Origin: Camelus ferus | Lineage: Eukaryota | Assembly: GCF_009834535.1 (NCBI RefSeq) | Contig: NC_045696.1 | Location: 121,212,001-121,276,000 of the forward strand | DNA length: 64,000 nucleotides | Reading direction: 5' to 3' | Part shown: piece by piece, positions 1 through 13,790 of the stretch | How the letters are laid out: the number at the start of each line of letters is the position of its first letter | Position numbering within the stretch: position 1 is the first letter of the stretch | The notes under the pieces: generated by a model | What the model was told of the DNA's origin: nothing | Seen by the model: the letters and a program-made list of their open reading frames with translations, nothing else | Databases searched by the model: none | Program-made: the position numbers and the translations under genes

Positions 1-1381
1 AATTCAGATTAGAGCTCATTGTCCTAGGAACTATCTGGAAGCAAACGAGGAGCCTCCCCAAAGCTGGTTGAGAAGTCATATTATCAAAGCCAGATTGTCA
101 CCATCACCACCAAACTGATTTAGATGGCGTTATAACGCAGCCAATGATGACCCTGATAAAATGTCACCAAAGTATAGCCAATCTGACCAAATTTAGTGTA
201 GGAGATGGGAGATACAAGGAAACCAGAATTCTTTGAAAGCAAAGTCTAAAGTCACCAGAAAATCTCCAGGTCCCTCTTCCTGTCTGTTGTGCAGATACGG
301 GCTTTGTGGTGTGTTACATCAAGCAGGTATTGGAACAGGTATTAATGCTGATAAACAGAAGACTGCAATGACTTATAAAGGATCAACCACAGCTTTGAGA
401 AAAAAAGAAAAACACACTTCTGGTCCTTGGAAATATTGAAATACTTTGTCTCAGCAATTCCTTCTTAACCCAGACAAGGGGGAGCAGATGTGGGGAGGGA
501 TGGGCGAGGGCGATTTCAGAGGTTTTTCCAGTTAAATCTGGAACGGAGCTGTCCTGGGTGGAGGATGGGTCCTGCTTCCTCCAGCTCAGCAGGCTCAGAA
601 GTCAACACAGAGGAGGAACCTAGGAGGCTCCACCCCCTTTATTCTCCTCTGTGATGAGTTTAGGAGGGGTGAGAGCTAATATTCCATCCATTTCTAATCA
701 CCAAAGCAGTGTTCCAGCCTTAACAATATTCCTTTTATATCTCTGAGCCACCCCTGGGGATGTAAAGTTTGCTGAGCACGACGCACTGTTACATAATTGA
801 GTTTCAAGAATTGGGAGGTGGGGAAAATGCCTCACCTACAAGGGGAATAATTAATGAGTCAGGAGGGCATCAATTCTCAGAGGTGAGCCACCACCAAGAC
901 TCTGATAAACATACTAAAGAAAAAATTTCCAGCCTAAGCACAATAGATTTTAGCATTCATTTTCCTGATTAAAAATAACACTGGGCAGAGAGGAGTCTTA
1001 TTATGCAAGAGACAAGGGCAGGCAAGTTGAGCCCATGAGCAAGCACCAGCTCGCCAGCACAGCCAGGAGCATGAGCTCGGGCCCACCAGCACTGGGTCAA
1101 GGGTTGCGGAGCAACCACTGAGAACATGATTGGGGGAACCTGCCCATCAGAAAGACTCAGGGCAGATCTCCACAGCGCTGAAGGTAGCGCTTCTTACTAT
1201 CAGAATAAAATAGTACAAAGCACAATCCGAGAGCCTGTGGTCTTCAGTGGCCATGCGCTTGCTATCTTGAACTTCTCAGGGAAAGACCTTGGCCAAACGA
1301 TCAGCGGAAGGAAGAGTCCTTTTCACCCTCCCTGGTAAGGAAGACTGAGCTAAAGCCAGAGATGAATCAAAGTAAAGACAA

Positions 1382-1676
1382 ATTTCTAATAAACTCATCT
1401 ACAGAATAGAAACAGACTCACAGACACAGTAAACAATCTTATGGGGGTGGGAGGGGATACATTTGGGAGTTTGAGATTTGCAAATGCTAACCACTATATA
1501 AAAAATAGATAAAAATCAAATTTCTTCTGTAGAGCACAGGGAACTATATTCAATATCTTGTAATAATCTTTAATGAAAAAGAACATGAAAATGAATATAT
1601 GTATATATATGCTGACTGGGACATGATGCTGTACACCAGAAACTGACACATTGTAACTGACTACATGTCAATAAAA
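1382..1676 (+). mobile_element. 5'-truncated L1 3' UTR with 13-bp TSD
   Basis: L1 3' motifs (gcacagggaactatattcaatatcttgta, tgctgtacaccagaaactgacaca, aataaa). TSD aaagtaaagacaa at 1369-1381 and 1677-1689. Confidence 0.9.
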
Positions 1677-2049
1677 AAAGTAAAGACAAGTGACTGTGTC
1701 CATAAGGAATGAACTCAGAGCAAAAGAGCGTTTCAGTGCAATGAGACACTTGGTAGAGGCTGTTCTCTAAAGCAGTTGTCTTGGAGCTGGGGTACATGGA
1801 AATCAAAGCCCTTCTGGGGTAGGGGAGCACGGCTGTCTTGTTTTAGAGGAAATCAGGATCTTTTGCTGAAACTGATCTCACAGGAACACCTGTGATGGAA
1901 GGACCTGCGCTCCCTTCACCCCCCCACCCCGACAGTTACCCTCCTCCTTGCCCACACAGGGCGGGGCGCGTTGCTCACCAGAGTAAAAGGTCTGTGGCAG
2001 AAAATAAAGGGACCCTTAATGGGAGTGACTCACTAGCAAACAAATCCTT

Positions 2050-2945
2050 CTGCAAGTCAGGTAGCTGCCAATTTTGGCTTTAAAAAATGGTACGAAGTGC
2101 TGATGTCAGGTGGTAGATGGTTAAAAATACATTTTGATGACAGATAAAATTTAGAATTTAAAGAATTGTATAATACTGCTAGTCAGACTCTTTCTATTAT
2201 CACGTACTTACTTATAGAAACAAGTCTTCTTCGTATTGATGTTAGTAAAAACAAGAAATGGGATTAGAACTGATGCTAGAATCTCTCATTCTAGTAACAG
2301 GTAGCAGTCACCTACAGACACGTAAACTAATTGGGGAAAAAACTCATTATCTTTTTCATTAAGTTTTTTTCATTTTTACTGTTTTATAGGCAATAATCAG
2401 GTACCGAAATTTCCCAAATGTTTATGATCAGTTAGGCACTGATAGTGATCACGATAAAACTAAACCAGAGATATTTTCAAGTACTTTGAATCTTTTCATT
2501 ACAGATCAATTTAGAAATTCAAAATTTAAAATTTAGATTCATATTTTTATTAAAGAAACGTATGATACAGTGATCAACAGAGGAATTTCAAATGAGACTT
2601 TTCAAGATACACTGGGGAGAAATTCCGTGGGGGAAGGGAACGGAAATATGAGTTCATGAAAAAGAAGAAAGAATTAAAATTCTCAGCTCAAACTGATGAG
2701 CTTGTTCATGCATTTTTCAAAGGGATGACGGCGCATATTTAGATTCCCCTGGAAGCATTCACAAGACTTCTGTAAGAGTTTTATTTTTTAAATGTCCGTA
2801 TTTATATGATGCTAGAATTTTCATTCTTTATCACTATTTAAACTCACGATGGAAAATGTTAGATTTCAGTGTAAAAATGTGTGAGGCTTATCCGTTTTCA
2901 TAACGTTCTTTTTAGGGGTATGTGAGCCAAAAAAGTTTTAAAGGT
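2050..2945 (+). mobile_element. Decayed hAT-Charlie DNA transposon (transposase C-terminus plus 3' terminus)
   Basis: 2206-2280 translates to TYL*KQVFFVLMLVKTRNGIRTDAR, resembling the hAT dimerisation motif TYLCE..FS.L...KTK.RNR. The end ggggtatgtgagccaaaaaagtttt resembles a Charlie terminus. Confidence 0.65.
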
Positions 2946-3604
2946 CAGGGGTCCACAATGACTTTTCGATCTGACATGATAGCCCTTTTCCCTGTTGTGG
3001 TCCATCATGTTTTAAGAATAAGTGGGGAGTATTAGAGACAATGGCCTCTGTCATTTATCAGGTAGGTCAACAGCAGAGCTCTGCTGAGCAGTCACTCCAC
3101 ATCCAGTGGTTACAGCTGCTCTGCAGGCGAAGGTAGATGAACCCTCCGTGTGGTCAAGGATACCATGTGTGGACCCCGGGAGGGTAAAGGGGGCCCCGCC
3201 GGGTCCAACCCCAGGCCCACTGTTACTAGGACCCATGTTGACTCTGCCCTTCCTGGGATGCTTGTCCGGTCTAATAACTCAGAATCATTAGGATAAGTCC
3301 ATCCACATTCTAACAGCAGCAAAGAACAGAATTAGTGGAACTCATCACCCCAAGGAGGCCCTTCCTGGCTACCTACCTCTCTCCCCACAAAGGATACAGA
3401 GTTAACCCTTCCCTCCTCATGCAGTCCCCACCCTCACACAGGTCACGGGGGGCTGTGACTTATTCACATGCTTTTCTCTCCTGTGAGACTGTGAACCACT
3501 TGGGGCAATCCCTCTGTGTCTTCACAGGGTGCAGCACCCATTAGGTACCACTCAGGTCCTCGGCTGCCCCACCTCGCCCACCTGTGCCCACTTAACTCTG
3601 GGTC

Positions 3605-3760
3605 TCAACCTGGATGCTCATTAGAATGAAAAATCCTGACCCCCCCAGGATGTATACACACCGGGCCGGTTAAATCAAGGGGCCTGGGGTAGGGCCCAGG
3701 CACCCGTTTATTTAAGGCTTCTCCAGTGGTTCCAGCATGTGGCTGAGGCAGAGGACCTAT
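3605..3760. mobile_element. MER5-like hAT MITE fragment
   Basis: ttaaatcaaggggcctggggtagggcccaggca...ctccagtggttccagcatg resembles the MER5 consensus. Confidence 0.55.
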
Positions 3761-4678
3761 GACTGGAGTTGGCAGAGCAGGGAAGGTAGTGATGTGATGC
3801 AAACCTGACTTCTGATTTCCAGACTGGGTTTCAGTGCTGACCTGGTCTCCAGCACACCGTGGAGGAGACGCCTGCCCTGTTTCCTAATACCCCGCCTTAT
3901 TCCTGGGCGGCCAAGTCTATGAAACTGTGGTCTGCACTTCTGAGCGATGTCCTCAGCTCCTACACTCCTCAGACAGCATCGAGACCACGGTTCCATTAGA
4001 CTCGGCAGGTGCTCAGAGAGCCACGTCTCTGCGGAGCCCGAGGAATGATGGGGGTGAAGCCCCGGGGGACCCCAGTTCAGTCCCTAGGCGCTGAGAGGGG
4101 CACAATCCGCGGGAGCAGGTGAGCTCGCGTATGAGTGCGGATGCGCCGGGCAGTCACAAGCGGAGAGAGGGCACTAGTCCCTCTTCCAGAGAGAGGATCA
4201 GAGAGAACAGGCCTGCAGGGCTGCCTTCCAGTCTTCGGACCAGACATCTGGGGGAGGGAGAGGTTGGGGGGAGCCTCCCCTCAAGGCCGCCCTGAGAGCT
4301 AAGAGCTTGACGCACCTCTCAAGCTGTATGGCTTCCCGGATCGCCGGTAACCACTCCTGAACAGGGAATGGACAAGGCAGGGAGAGACTGTCAGAGGCCA
4401 GGAGGAGTTTTCAGACTCCTGGGGATGGAAAAACCCCATGTCGTGGCAGGAGGGGGATGCTGCCTTCCGTCAGTTTTTATTCAAGTGTTTCTTTCTGAGC
4501 ATCACCCTCACTGACTTTGATGCGAGAATAAATTAATTCCAAAGCCCGTACTTGAAATTTCCTGACTCTGCCTGTTTCCTGTCTAACTGCCCACATAAAG
4601 AGAAACGGCACAACTTGTCAGTTTTCAGGAAGCGATTCCTGTGTGCCCATTTCAATGCTGAGGTGCCTCTTTATATGA

Positions 4679-4709
4679 AAACAAACAAAACAAAACAAAA
4701 CAAAACAAA
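4679..4709. repeat. (CAAAA)n simple repeat
   Basis: aaacaaacaaaacaaaacaaaacaaaacaaa seen directly. Confidence 0.9.
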
Positions 4710-5274
4710 GCAAAGCTCCACTGAGCTGCAGACACCTGATTTTCTGGGCCAGTTGGGGCCGATAACTTTGGTATTATCCTTTAAAAATTTTTAAAGAATC
4801 ATTTGCGATGATTCTTCACATAACCCTGAAGGTGTCATCTCTTATTTTTATGTTGAATCTGTATTTTTGAGGGAATACAAAATGCTCCCCAGGCTTGGCC
4901 TGGCTCACATTATAAGGGGATAACAGCTTTATAAGATGCATAGGTCCCTCTGATTGTCATGTCTGCACCTTGCCTGCGAGGGACTCAGGAAAGAGACGGT
5001 TGTGCTGCTTGTTCAGATTGTCCAGCAAATCTGCCCTGGAGCCAGCGAGGGCCCTGGGCGTCGGCATCTCAATCTCTGGCCAACACCCCAGTCTGTTCTG
5101 TGGATTCATGATTGCACTGCAGAGTCAGAGCCAACTTTATTATTAAGCATCTATTGTACTCAGTGCTTTTTCCTACTTTCTCTCTTCTAGAAGCATTTCA
5201 GAATTTAAAAGTTATTAAGCATTCTGCAGATACTCTGTCCCTTCCTTCTCCCATAAGGATGTATGATGACTACG

Positions 5275-5276
<2 letters not shown>

Positions 5277-5306
<30 letters not shown>
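5277..5306. repeat. (GT)n microsatellite, about 15 units
   Basis: Seen directly. Confidence 0.95.
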
Positions 5307-5309
<3 letters not shown>

Positions 5310-6432
5310 AGATACACAGGAGGGAGATCACTGTGTTGGTGTCTTGGGGGCGTCTGGAGAAGTTTCTGACAGTAGGGATGCGATCTGTTGGTCTTGGGAG
5401 AAATCCCCACGGGTCTCCCCAGGAATCCTCTGTGTACTGGGGCCTCAAGAAACCAGAGCTGAAATTCAAGCAGTCTTCACAGTCAGTATCTCAAGGTTAA
5501 ATGTAAGGATCACTTCAACAAGGTAATTTAAAATGCTATTTATTGCTCTCTCTTCCAAATGCATAAGGGCCTGAGTGTTCAGAGCTGTCTGATTTTATTG
5601 GACCTGTTCTTTCATCCCCAACTGGCTGGGTGTCCACCTAAGTTTCTGGTGGTGACCAGGTCAAGTCCAGGGACGCGCCAGCGGGAAGGACCCTGATGGA
5701 AACTTCCTGTTACCCGTCCTGTTGGTTTGTCTGCACGTTCTGGCCACTAGGTTGTGTCACTCCCTGAGTACCAGGTTTTTAATACAATTGCCAGGCTAGA
5801 GAAACAGAAATCAGGCTATCCCATAATATCTCCCTGAAAGTGGAAGACAGGGTCACTTTCTTTGTTTTCTTGGTGTAACAGGTCAGCTCATTACTGCTCA
5901 CTACCAACTAGCCTTGTTTCACAATCCCATCAGAACTCAACTGAGATTCACCCATATTTATGTTTACATTGGTTCTGCCTCAAAGAGCCTTCTTCAACAA
6001 ACAGGTGAACAACTTCACCTTAATCTGGAAATACCAGAAAGGCAGAATAAATTCAGTTTAATGTAATTTATACAAATCACTTCTTACAGGGAATTCTCTT
6101 GCTGGGAAAGGTCAATATCTACTGTCAAGTAAAAATAAATACAATACCGATCTGACTTTAAAATCATGTTTTCTATATCCACACATACAAACACACACAC
6201 ACGTGCTCGCGGACAGACACACACCCTCTGCTAAAGTCATCAACAGCTTTTGTGGTCAGTGAGACCCCACGACTGCAGACTTCAGCTGTAGAGTGAGTGA
6301 AGCTGGGTTTGAATCTGCCTCCACGCTGGGGCAGGGCCCAGACTGCCTCCCCTCCTGCAAGGTTTTTCTCTGCTATTACACACCACCCACTGTGGGAGGG
6401 TCGCTGCGAGAGTTAGAACAGGGCCCAATAAA

Positions 6433-6580
6433 CCAGTGATTCTCAGACTCTAAAGTGCACACAGATCATCTGGGATGCGCGTTAAAATGCAGATTCTGAC
6501 TTAGAGTCTCGAGTTAGTTTTGACATTCTCAGTCCCTGAGTGATGTGCCACAGGTCCATGAACCAGACTTTGCGTAGCAA
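6433..6580. mobile_element. MER5-like hAT MITE
   Basis: cagtgattctcagactc...gttaaaatgcagattctga...ggtccatgaaccagactttgcgtagcaagg. Confidence 0.65.
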
Positions 6581-6841
6581 GGCACCTCCTAAAACTTTAC
6601 AACATGGAAACTCAAATCACTGTCTGGTGGTCCTGCCAGCCGAAAGAATTATTTGGGTGACCTGGGTGGGAAGGGCACGAACTCAGTTCTCTAGGCTAGG
6701 AGAGGATAACACGTCTGGTCAAGGTTTTACTCTGTTCTTTCATAAGTCTCAGTGTGAGTCAGTGCCAGACTTTAATTTCTATTCATCTGTGAAAGGTCAG
6801 CCAGGGAGCACTGGTGAGGCCCAGGCTGACCGAGTCTCCTA

Positions 6842-7048
<207 letters not shown>

Positions 7049-7759
7049 TCACACAGCCGGCTGCCGATCGGCACAGTTAGGGAAGAAACTGATTAGCTTT
7101 AACAACTAGTTACTCATTTGGTTGAGGCCATTTCTGAAGTTTCCACACTCCCTCCCACTCCCCCGCCCCCTGACGCCCACCTCTCCCAGTCCCAGACCAA
7201 ACTTGAGACTGACGTACAGGTCAGAAAGCCCAGCCTCTGCTGATCTACGATGTTAGGAGAGTATCTTAATTCACTAAGAAAATGTGTTCTGCAGGGGGAA
7301 CAATTCCATCTCGGAGGCGTAGGGAAACTCTCTTAAAATTAATTCTGTGTTTAAGATGTGGCCTATACAACAAGGTCATCTTTATTTTCCTGAGTAGCTG
7401 GTGGCAGAGAGCTGTGTTGAAGTGGTTATAACAGAATTCCTGCCAGAAGCAGCCCTGTGCACGGCATCCGTCTCCTGGCTCCTGGCTCCCACATGTGTCA
7501 GATCTCCTGCCTACTACAGAGAAGATACCCTGACGCTGTGGCCCTCCCGGTGGGAAACCAAGTATCATCATCCTTGAACTTCGTAAATTTTTATGACCCC
7601 CACATCATCATAATCTAAGTAAAAGCTGACTCAACCAACACTTCTTAACAATAACAACAAAATCCTTGAGCCTGGAGGGGTGGGGGGAGTGCTAACACGG
7701 GAAGGCATGTTTCTTCTGATTTCTAATGTAGTCACCATTTAGATGAAAGTTAACCCAGC

Positions 7760-7998
7760 GAATATAAACTGATGGAGCCACTATGGGGAACAGTATGGAG
7801 ATTCCTTAAAAAACTAAAAATAGAGTTACCCTGTGTTCCAGAAATCCCACTCCTGGGCATATATCTGGAGAAAACTCCAATTTGAAATGACACATGCACC
7901 CTAATGTTCACAGCAGCACTATATACAATAGCCAAGACGTGGAACCAACTTAAATGTCCATCAACAGATGACTAGATAAAGAACATGTGGTGTATATG

Positions 7999-8048
<50 letters not shown>

Positions 8049-8513
8049 AATACTACCCAGCCATAAAAAAGTGAAATAATGCCATTTACTGCAACATGGA
8101 TGGACCTGGAGATTATTATACTCAGTGAAATAAGCCAGACAGAGAAAGACAAACATATGATGTCACTTGCATGTAGAATCTAAAAAAAAGGACATAAAAA
8201 GGACACAACTTATTTACAAAACAGAAAAAGACTCATGGACATAGAAAACAAACTTATGGTTACTGGGGGGAAAGGGGGTGGGAGCTATAAATTAGGATCT
8301 TGGGATTAACAGATACACACTACTATATATAAAACAGATAGACAACAAGATCCTACTGTACAGCACAGGGAACTATATTCAATACCTTGTAATTATCTAT
8401 AATGAAAAAAAATCTGAAAAAGAATAGATTTATATATATGAGTATAACTGAATCACTTTGCTGTATACCAGAAACTAACACATTGTAAATCAACTATACT
8501 CCAATTAAAAAAA
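7760..8513 (+). mobile_element. 5'-truncated L1 (ORF2 end plus 3' UTR) with internal (AC)n at 8002-8045
   Basis: Classic L1 3' sequence (aatcccactcctgggcatatatctggag, gcaacatggatggacctggagattatta) and A-tail. Imperfect TSD gaaagttaacccagc (7745) / gaaagttaccccggc (8514). Confidence 0.93.
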
Positions 8514-10879
8514 GAAAGTTACCCCGGCAAACACCTCTCCAAAGAAATGCTTAAGCTTGGGAGCAGAGAGTGGGGACAGAGGGGTTACAGTGGAAGGACC
8601 TGCAGGGAAGGGTCCAGTCAAAGTAACCAGGAGAGAAAGAGCAACAGACAAGCAGTAATGATCCATACCGCCCACTGCTTTCTGTGGTTCCCATTGCTCA
8701 GAAAAATATTGAATCGTCTGACGAGACAGCAAAGGGACAGTCTCAAGTATATGAGAGCTAAAAGATTTTTTTTTCCTGGCAAGTGATGGTTTCTAAAGTC
8801 TCCCTGAAGAAGCTGGAGATAAAATCTCTCTTCAGGAGATGGCCTTCTACCAAAATCCTCTATGCTCTTTAAGTCAGCAGTGAGTGCAAAGAGAACAGAG
8901 TGAAAGGCTAGGTTTATTTTAAAAGCAACAGGGAGGCCGTGAAAGATGGGGTTAAGCTGAGGAATAAAAGCAAGAAAGTGACTGAAAAATGCCTGTGTGT
9001 GGAGGTGGCTCCTGGCTCCCTGGATGCCAGTGGGTGCAGAGCCGAGAGCCGTTTTCATTTTCTGCTACGAAGCCCTAATTAGGAAAACCCATGGTTCTGG
9101 GCTGTGCCCAGGGCAGCCTCCCCTTCAGCCCTGGAGGCCCCTCTTCATTGAGCAGGGCCACTGGGCAGTTGTGCAGAACCTTGTAAAGTGAGGGTGCAAA
9201 CGCTGCTCCCTCCTGACCCGGGTCCCCGCGCTGGGCGCTGCTTCCCGGAAAAGGCTGGACGCCAGTGATCAGTCTCCTTCTTTGGATGTTTTGAGCTGCT
9301 CACCTGAAACGAGCGCATTTCTCAGATCCTCTCCCTGCCTGGGAAAAGCGAGCCGTTTGAGAACCTTCTGGATGTTTTCTGCGGAAAGCTCCTATGAACC
9401 TTCTCTGGTTAGTTCCCTAGCCTCCCTGCCACCAACCTTTGCGACACCACCTGCTTTAGGGCAGCTTTTTTGTTTTTGTTTTTTAGATTTGTATACAATT
9501 TGGATCTACACAACGAGCCTTGTAGGTGGAGATACTGGTTAGTCTGGACCATTTCTTAAATAATAGGTTTAATTCTTGCGCTATTCTGTTTTCTCAAAAC
9601 TCCATACAGGCAAAGAAAGAGGAACATGGGCAGAGGAGAAAGACCCCGAAGGTTGCCTGGTCCACTTCCTGGGAAGTGCAAAGCCTTCTCCTCTTCAACC
9701 CAGGACCTGCCCTTATTTCTCTGAGACCTATACCAGGGTCTGCCAGTGTTTCATCTGGGCTATAAAATCAAGATTTAAGACAAACTGAGACAAGGCATGG
9801 ACACAGGATGTCCCAAATGGGTTAGGGTCAGAAAAGAGTACGTGAGAGAACCTTTACTAGGTGATCTATTTTTAGGCTTGAAGGTTTATCTGGGAGAAGC
9901 CACATTCCGCTTACTACATTATATCATATTCTGTTATTAAAATGTAGACTATAAAATCAGAGATAAAAGAAAGCAGTATCATCTTAATTTTAAAAAAAAA
10001 TTACAAAGGATAAAAAGGGCCATCCGAAAATAGTAAGAAAAAAAAATGACCACTCAGGATTCTACTAGCTGAATAAGTACTATTTTCTTTGTCTTTTCCT
10101 GTTTAGTTATTGTCTGTATATATAGCATATATTATTTCTTATCATTATAATGATCACTCCAAATGGCTTTCTCACAGTCCACTTAAAGGAGGCACTGCCA
10201 TGACACAGCCACTATTTTACTGTTGGACATTTACATAGCTTACAACTTCTCTCTGGGGAAACCCATTTTATGGTGAACATTTTTTTTTTTTTTTGCATGT
10301 GGAAAGGCAATCACTGTTAAAAGAAACCTTTACTTTTTCTTCCCATTTTCCTTCCAAATACCTTATGCTGTCTGTCTCCTCTATGCTGCCTATAACTGTA
10401 TTTCGTATGTGAACTTCCAGTATCTGGGCTTATTTTCAGCTGCTGTACCACGTGCCAAACATCCTGAGCTCTGCCTCTGTCCCTGGAGTCCCCGCTGCAC
10501 CTCCGCCCAGCTACTCCAAGGCTGCAATGTGACAGTCGCTCCGGAGTTCTGACAACTCAAGGAGTCACATGAGGAACAAAGACGGTCCCCAGGGGCACCC
10601 CTGGTCTCCTGAAACTGTGTGCAGAACTGGTGTGCTCACTTCCCAGTGAGAGGATCTAGAACTTGGATCAGATTCTCAAGGGGTCCATGTGACCAAACAA
10701 GAAGCAGAACCCTTGACTGGGGGTCTTTTTAGCATCCTTAATCTCTTCCTGACACTGGGTCTCCTCTTCTTACTTTAGAGCTGAAACGTTCCTCCTTTCA
10801 TCCGCAGGTGGCCGTCCGCCTTCCCGCCTCCTGCCTCCCACTTCCCTCACGGTCAGCCTTCTTGTGTGAGCAGTGGTAC

Positions 10880-11680
10880 CCACTGTGTTCACTGCCCACC
10901 TTCCACTGACGCCCTCACTCCTGGGTCTCCCATCTCATTCTGCTGGGGTTGCTCCTTTGAAAGTGATTTGTGCCTACACATGACACAACCCATCCCCGTT
11001 TTCCATCTTTCACCTTCAGTCTCCCCTCTGGCACCTGGGATTACTTCCCTTGACCTTGTAACCTCCCCTCCACTCCCCTGAGTTACTTCTTCCCCCGGGA
11101 CCTCGTCCCCCAGCATCTCTCCTCGCCCGGTGTGCCCCCTTCCCCAGCTGCCAGACGGAGGTCTTCTACTACTTTCTGCCTCCGGGCCCCCTTTCTTCTC
11201 TTTGGCCATCTCATCCAGACCCACCTCTCTCCTGAAACCAAGGTCTGGACTTATAAGGGTCCCACCGGGATACTGAGCGTACGTCCTCGGGCAAATTCAC
11301 CCTGCTGCCTGGCGGCTCCTGCTGGCTTCCAGGTTTCTCTGAAAGCACCGCCGTGCTCTGTCTTCAGGCCCCAAAGGTTTGAGTCAGCCCGGACTCACCC
11401 TTCAACCTCTTGCTTTCTGTCTCCTCACTGGATCCTAAGTCAAGGCAAGTGGCCTTTCCTTCCACACGGCCCTCTCCACTGCTGCCCTTCCAGCCACCTC
11501 GTCTGCCTCGTCGCCGGGATGGCTGCTTCACCTGTCACCACATCAGTGCCTGTCACCAAACCCTGCCAGACCTACTTCCCTACAGCGTGGCCCTGATGGC
11601 CCATGTCCTGCTCAAGATCCTTCCCCACAGTCCTTTATTCACCCAATTACCACAACATTCAAAGCCTCTCAGGTTCTGAA
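10880..11680 (+). mobile_element. Degenerate L2 fragments
   Basis: Pyrimidine-rich L2-like motifs (catgtcctgctcaagatccttc, caacattcaaagcctct). Confidence 0.45.
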
Positions 11681-13642
11681 TCCAAGCCAGCTCCCCAACA
11701 ATCCCCTAAATGCATCCCGTATGTTCACATAACCCCAGTCAGGTCTCGGCACTCATCATGAGACTACGTGGATGAATAAACGTTCATGCTCAGAGGGGAA
11801 CTCGTTTTGCATTTATTCACCCAGTGTCTTCTTTTCCCCAAGTCTGTCTCTTCTTGAAGACCTGGGCTTTGATCCTCATAATTCAATCGAAGTATTCAGG
11901 GCCCTTTCTATACATCCACCTGGTGCCTGGAGGGAGAGAGGTTGCCCTCTTGATATTCTTGAGGTTGGACCAGAAACCTGGGCATCACTGGACCGTGCAA
12001 GTGCCTTCTCCTCGCCCTGCTTGTGGTGCATACTGGCCAGAGTCCTTGACAGGAAACATGGTTCACTCAAAAGGGACTTAGTGAGAGTCATGTCTGCAGG
12101 ATGGGACACCTGGCAGGGACCGTGTCCTTCTGTTGAGGGATGTGGTCACTGCCTAACAGCAGGCTGGGCAGGCAGGGAGCTGGGGAGGCAGCGCCCCAAC
12201 TTCCTCCTCCTCCCATCCTTTGACTTCTGGCCGCCAGCCACTGTTGGGCAAATCCAACCAAATCCATGTGCAGGAGAGCCTGGCTGGTGCATCCAAGAGG
12301 CAGGTCACTTGGGCACAGGGGAGGGGAAGGAGGGGAGGAAACATGCAGGACTTGACTCCCTTGCGGCCTAGTGAACATCGGTCTCCAGGGAGACACAGGC
12401 TTATTCTGGCTGGAGCTCCTGGAACCCCAGGTAATCCTCTGTACCCAGGAGAGACTTCGACTCTGGAGGGCTTGGGGGGAGGGGGTGACTGCACAGAATG
12501 TCATTTCCTTCCCCCTCTGCCTGTCTCTATGCCAGGAGGCCCTCTCCTCATTCGTTGCCCCTCTGCCACTTTCCCTCCATTGGGCCAGATGGCTTCAACA
12601 AAATGATCTGGCAGATAATAAATACATATAGACCAAATTAAATAAGACCGGCTGATTGTTATTAATTGTCTGCATCACAGCTTATAATTTACAGGAGATG
12701 GCACCGCCTGAGTCATAAGAAATTAATAATGAGACAGCTGACTTAATTTAAGAGGAACGCGACATTGCAGGGTTTCTTTTTTTTTTTTTTTTTCCACAGA
12801 AAGCTCAAAACAGAACACCTAGCAACCTCCCAAGTCCCCAGCTTGAGGCCCTGCAGGAGGGAGTTGCAGGCACTGTGGATGGTCTGTCCCCTTGCCTCTG
12901 AGTTTGTCTGTGTGCACTCCCTCTTCTCATGCTGGACCTCCCACTGGTCCATCTGTGGACACGTAAGGGCTGAGAACCACCAAGGGGGCACCTCCCAGTT
13001 GGGAAAGGTTGGCAGAAGTGAGAGAGGAGCGGCGAGCAAAGCCAAGAGGCCACAGGCCTCCTCTCCCCGCCACGAGTCAGGGGTTAGAGCTGGCAGCCTG
13101 GTGGGGTCAAACGTCCACTTTTCACTTGGGCTGATTCTTTGCAGCAGAACTCCAAGGGCAAAGCAGGCCCCCAAAGGTCGAATAAAGAGTTGTTCAAAAG
13201 CATGGGTTCTATAGACACTAAAACAGACCCAGGTCAATAGCGCTTTCCCGTGAAAATCTATAAATAGTTTCCTGAAATTGCTGGGTTGCTTAAGATCTGG
13301 GGACAGGGTTTCCAGGAGCTCTCCTCTGTGACATCCACAGGGAAGCCAGCCTTAGGGGTGTGCCCACAGCACAGATGTCTGCTACCTTCTGTACCTGCCA
13401 GTGCGCACGTGGCAGGGCTGGGTGGGCGTGTCTTCAGAGACCCTCAGACTCAATCACTTCAATTTTTTGAGGCATTATGAAGCTGGAATTTTATTACGGA
13501 GGGGTGGCATTACATCAAATTGATTCACAGTGAGTTGACAATTACAACTTCACATTTTGTGGCAGTAACCAGTAACCTGGACTTTACATTAAACATCATC
13601 TTGTTAGAGTCATTTCACTATTCTCAGCCCCAGGTCCCTTTG

Positions 13643-13790
13643 TTGTTGGGTTTTTTTGGGGTTTTTTTTTTTTGAGGGGAGGAAGTAATTAGGTTTATTT
13701 ATTGATTTATTTAATGGCGGGACTGGGGGATTGAATCCAGGATCTCATGCATGCCAAGCACGCACTCTACCCCTGAGCTATACCCTCCCG
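13643..13790 (-). mobile_element. tRNA-derived SINE (camelid Vic-1-like) with 14-bp TSD
   Basis: Reverse strand reads GGGAGGGTATAGCTCAGGGGTAGAG...GATTCAATCCCCCAG (A/B box-like), then an AT-rich tail. TSD cccaggtccctttg at 13629-13642 and 13795-13808. Confidence 0.9.
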
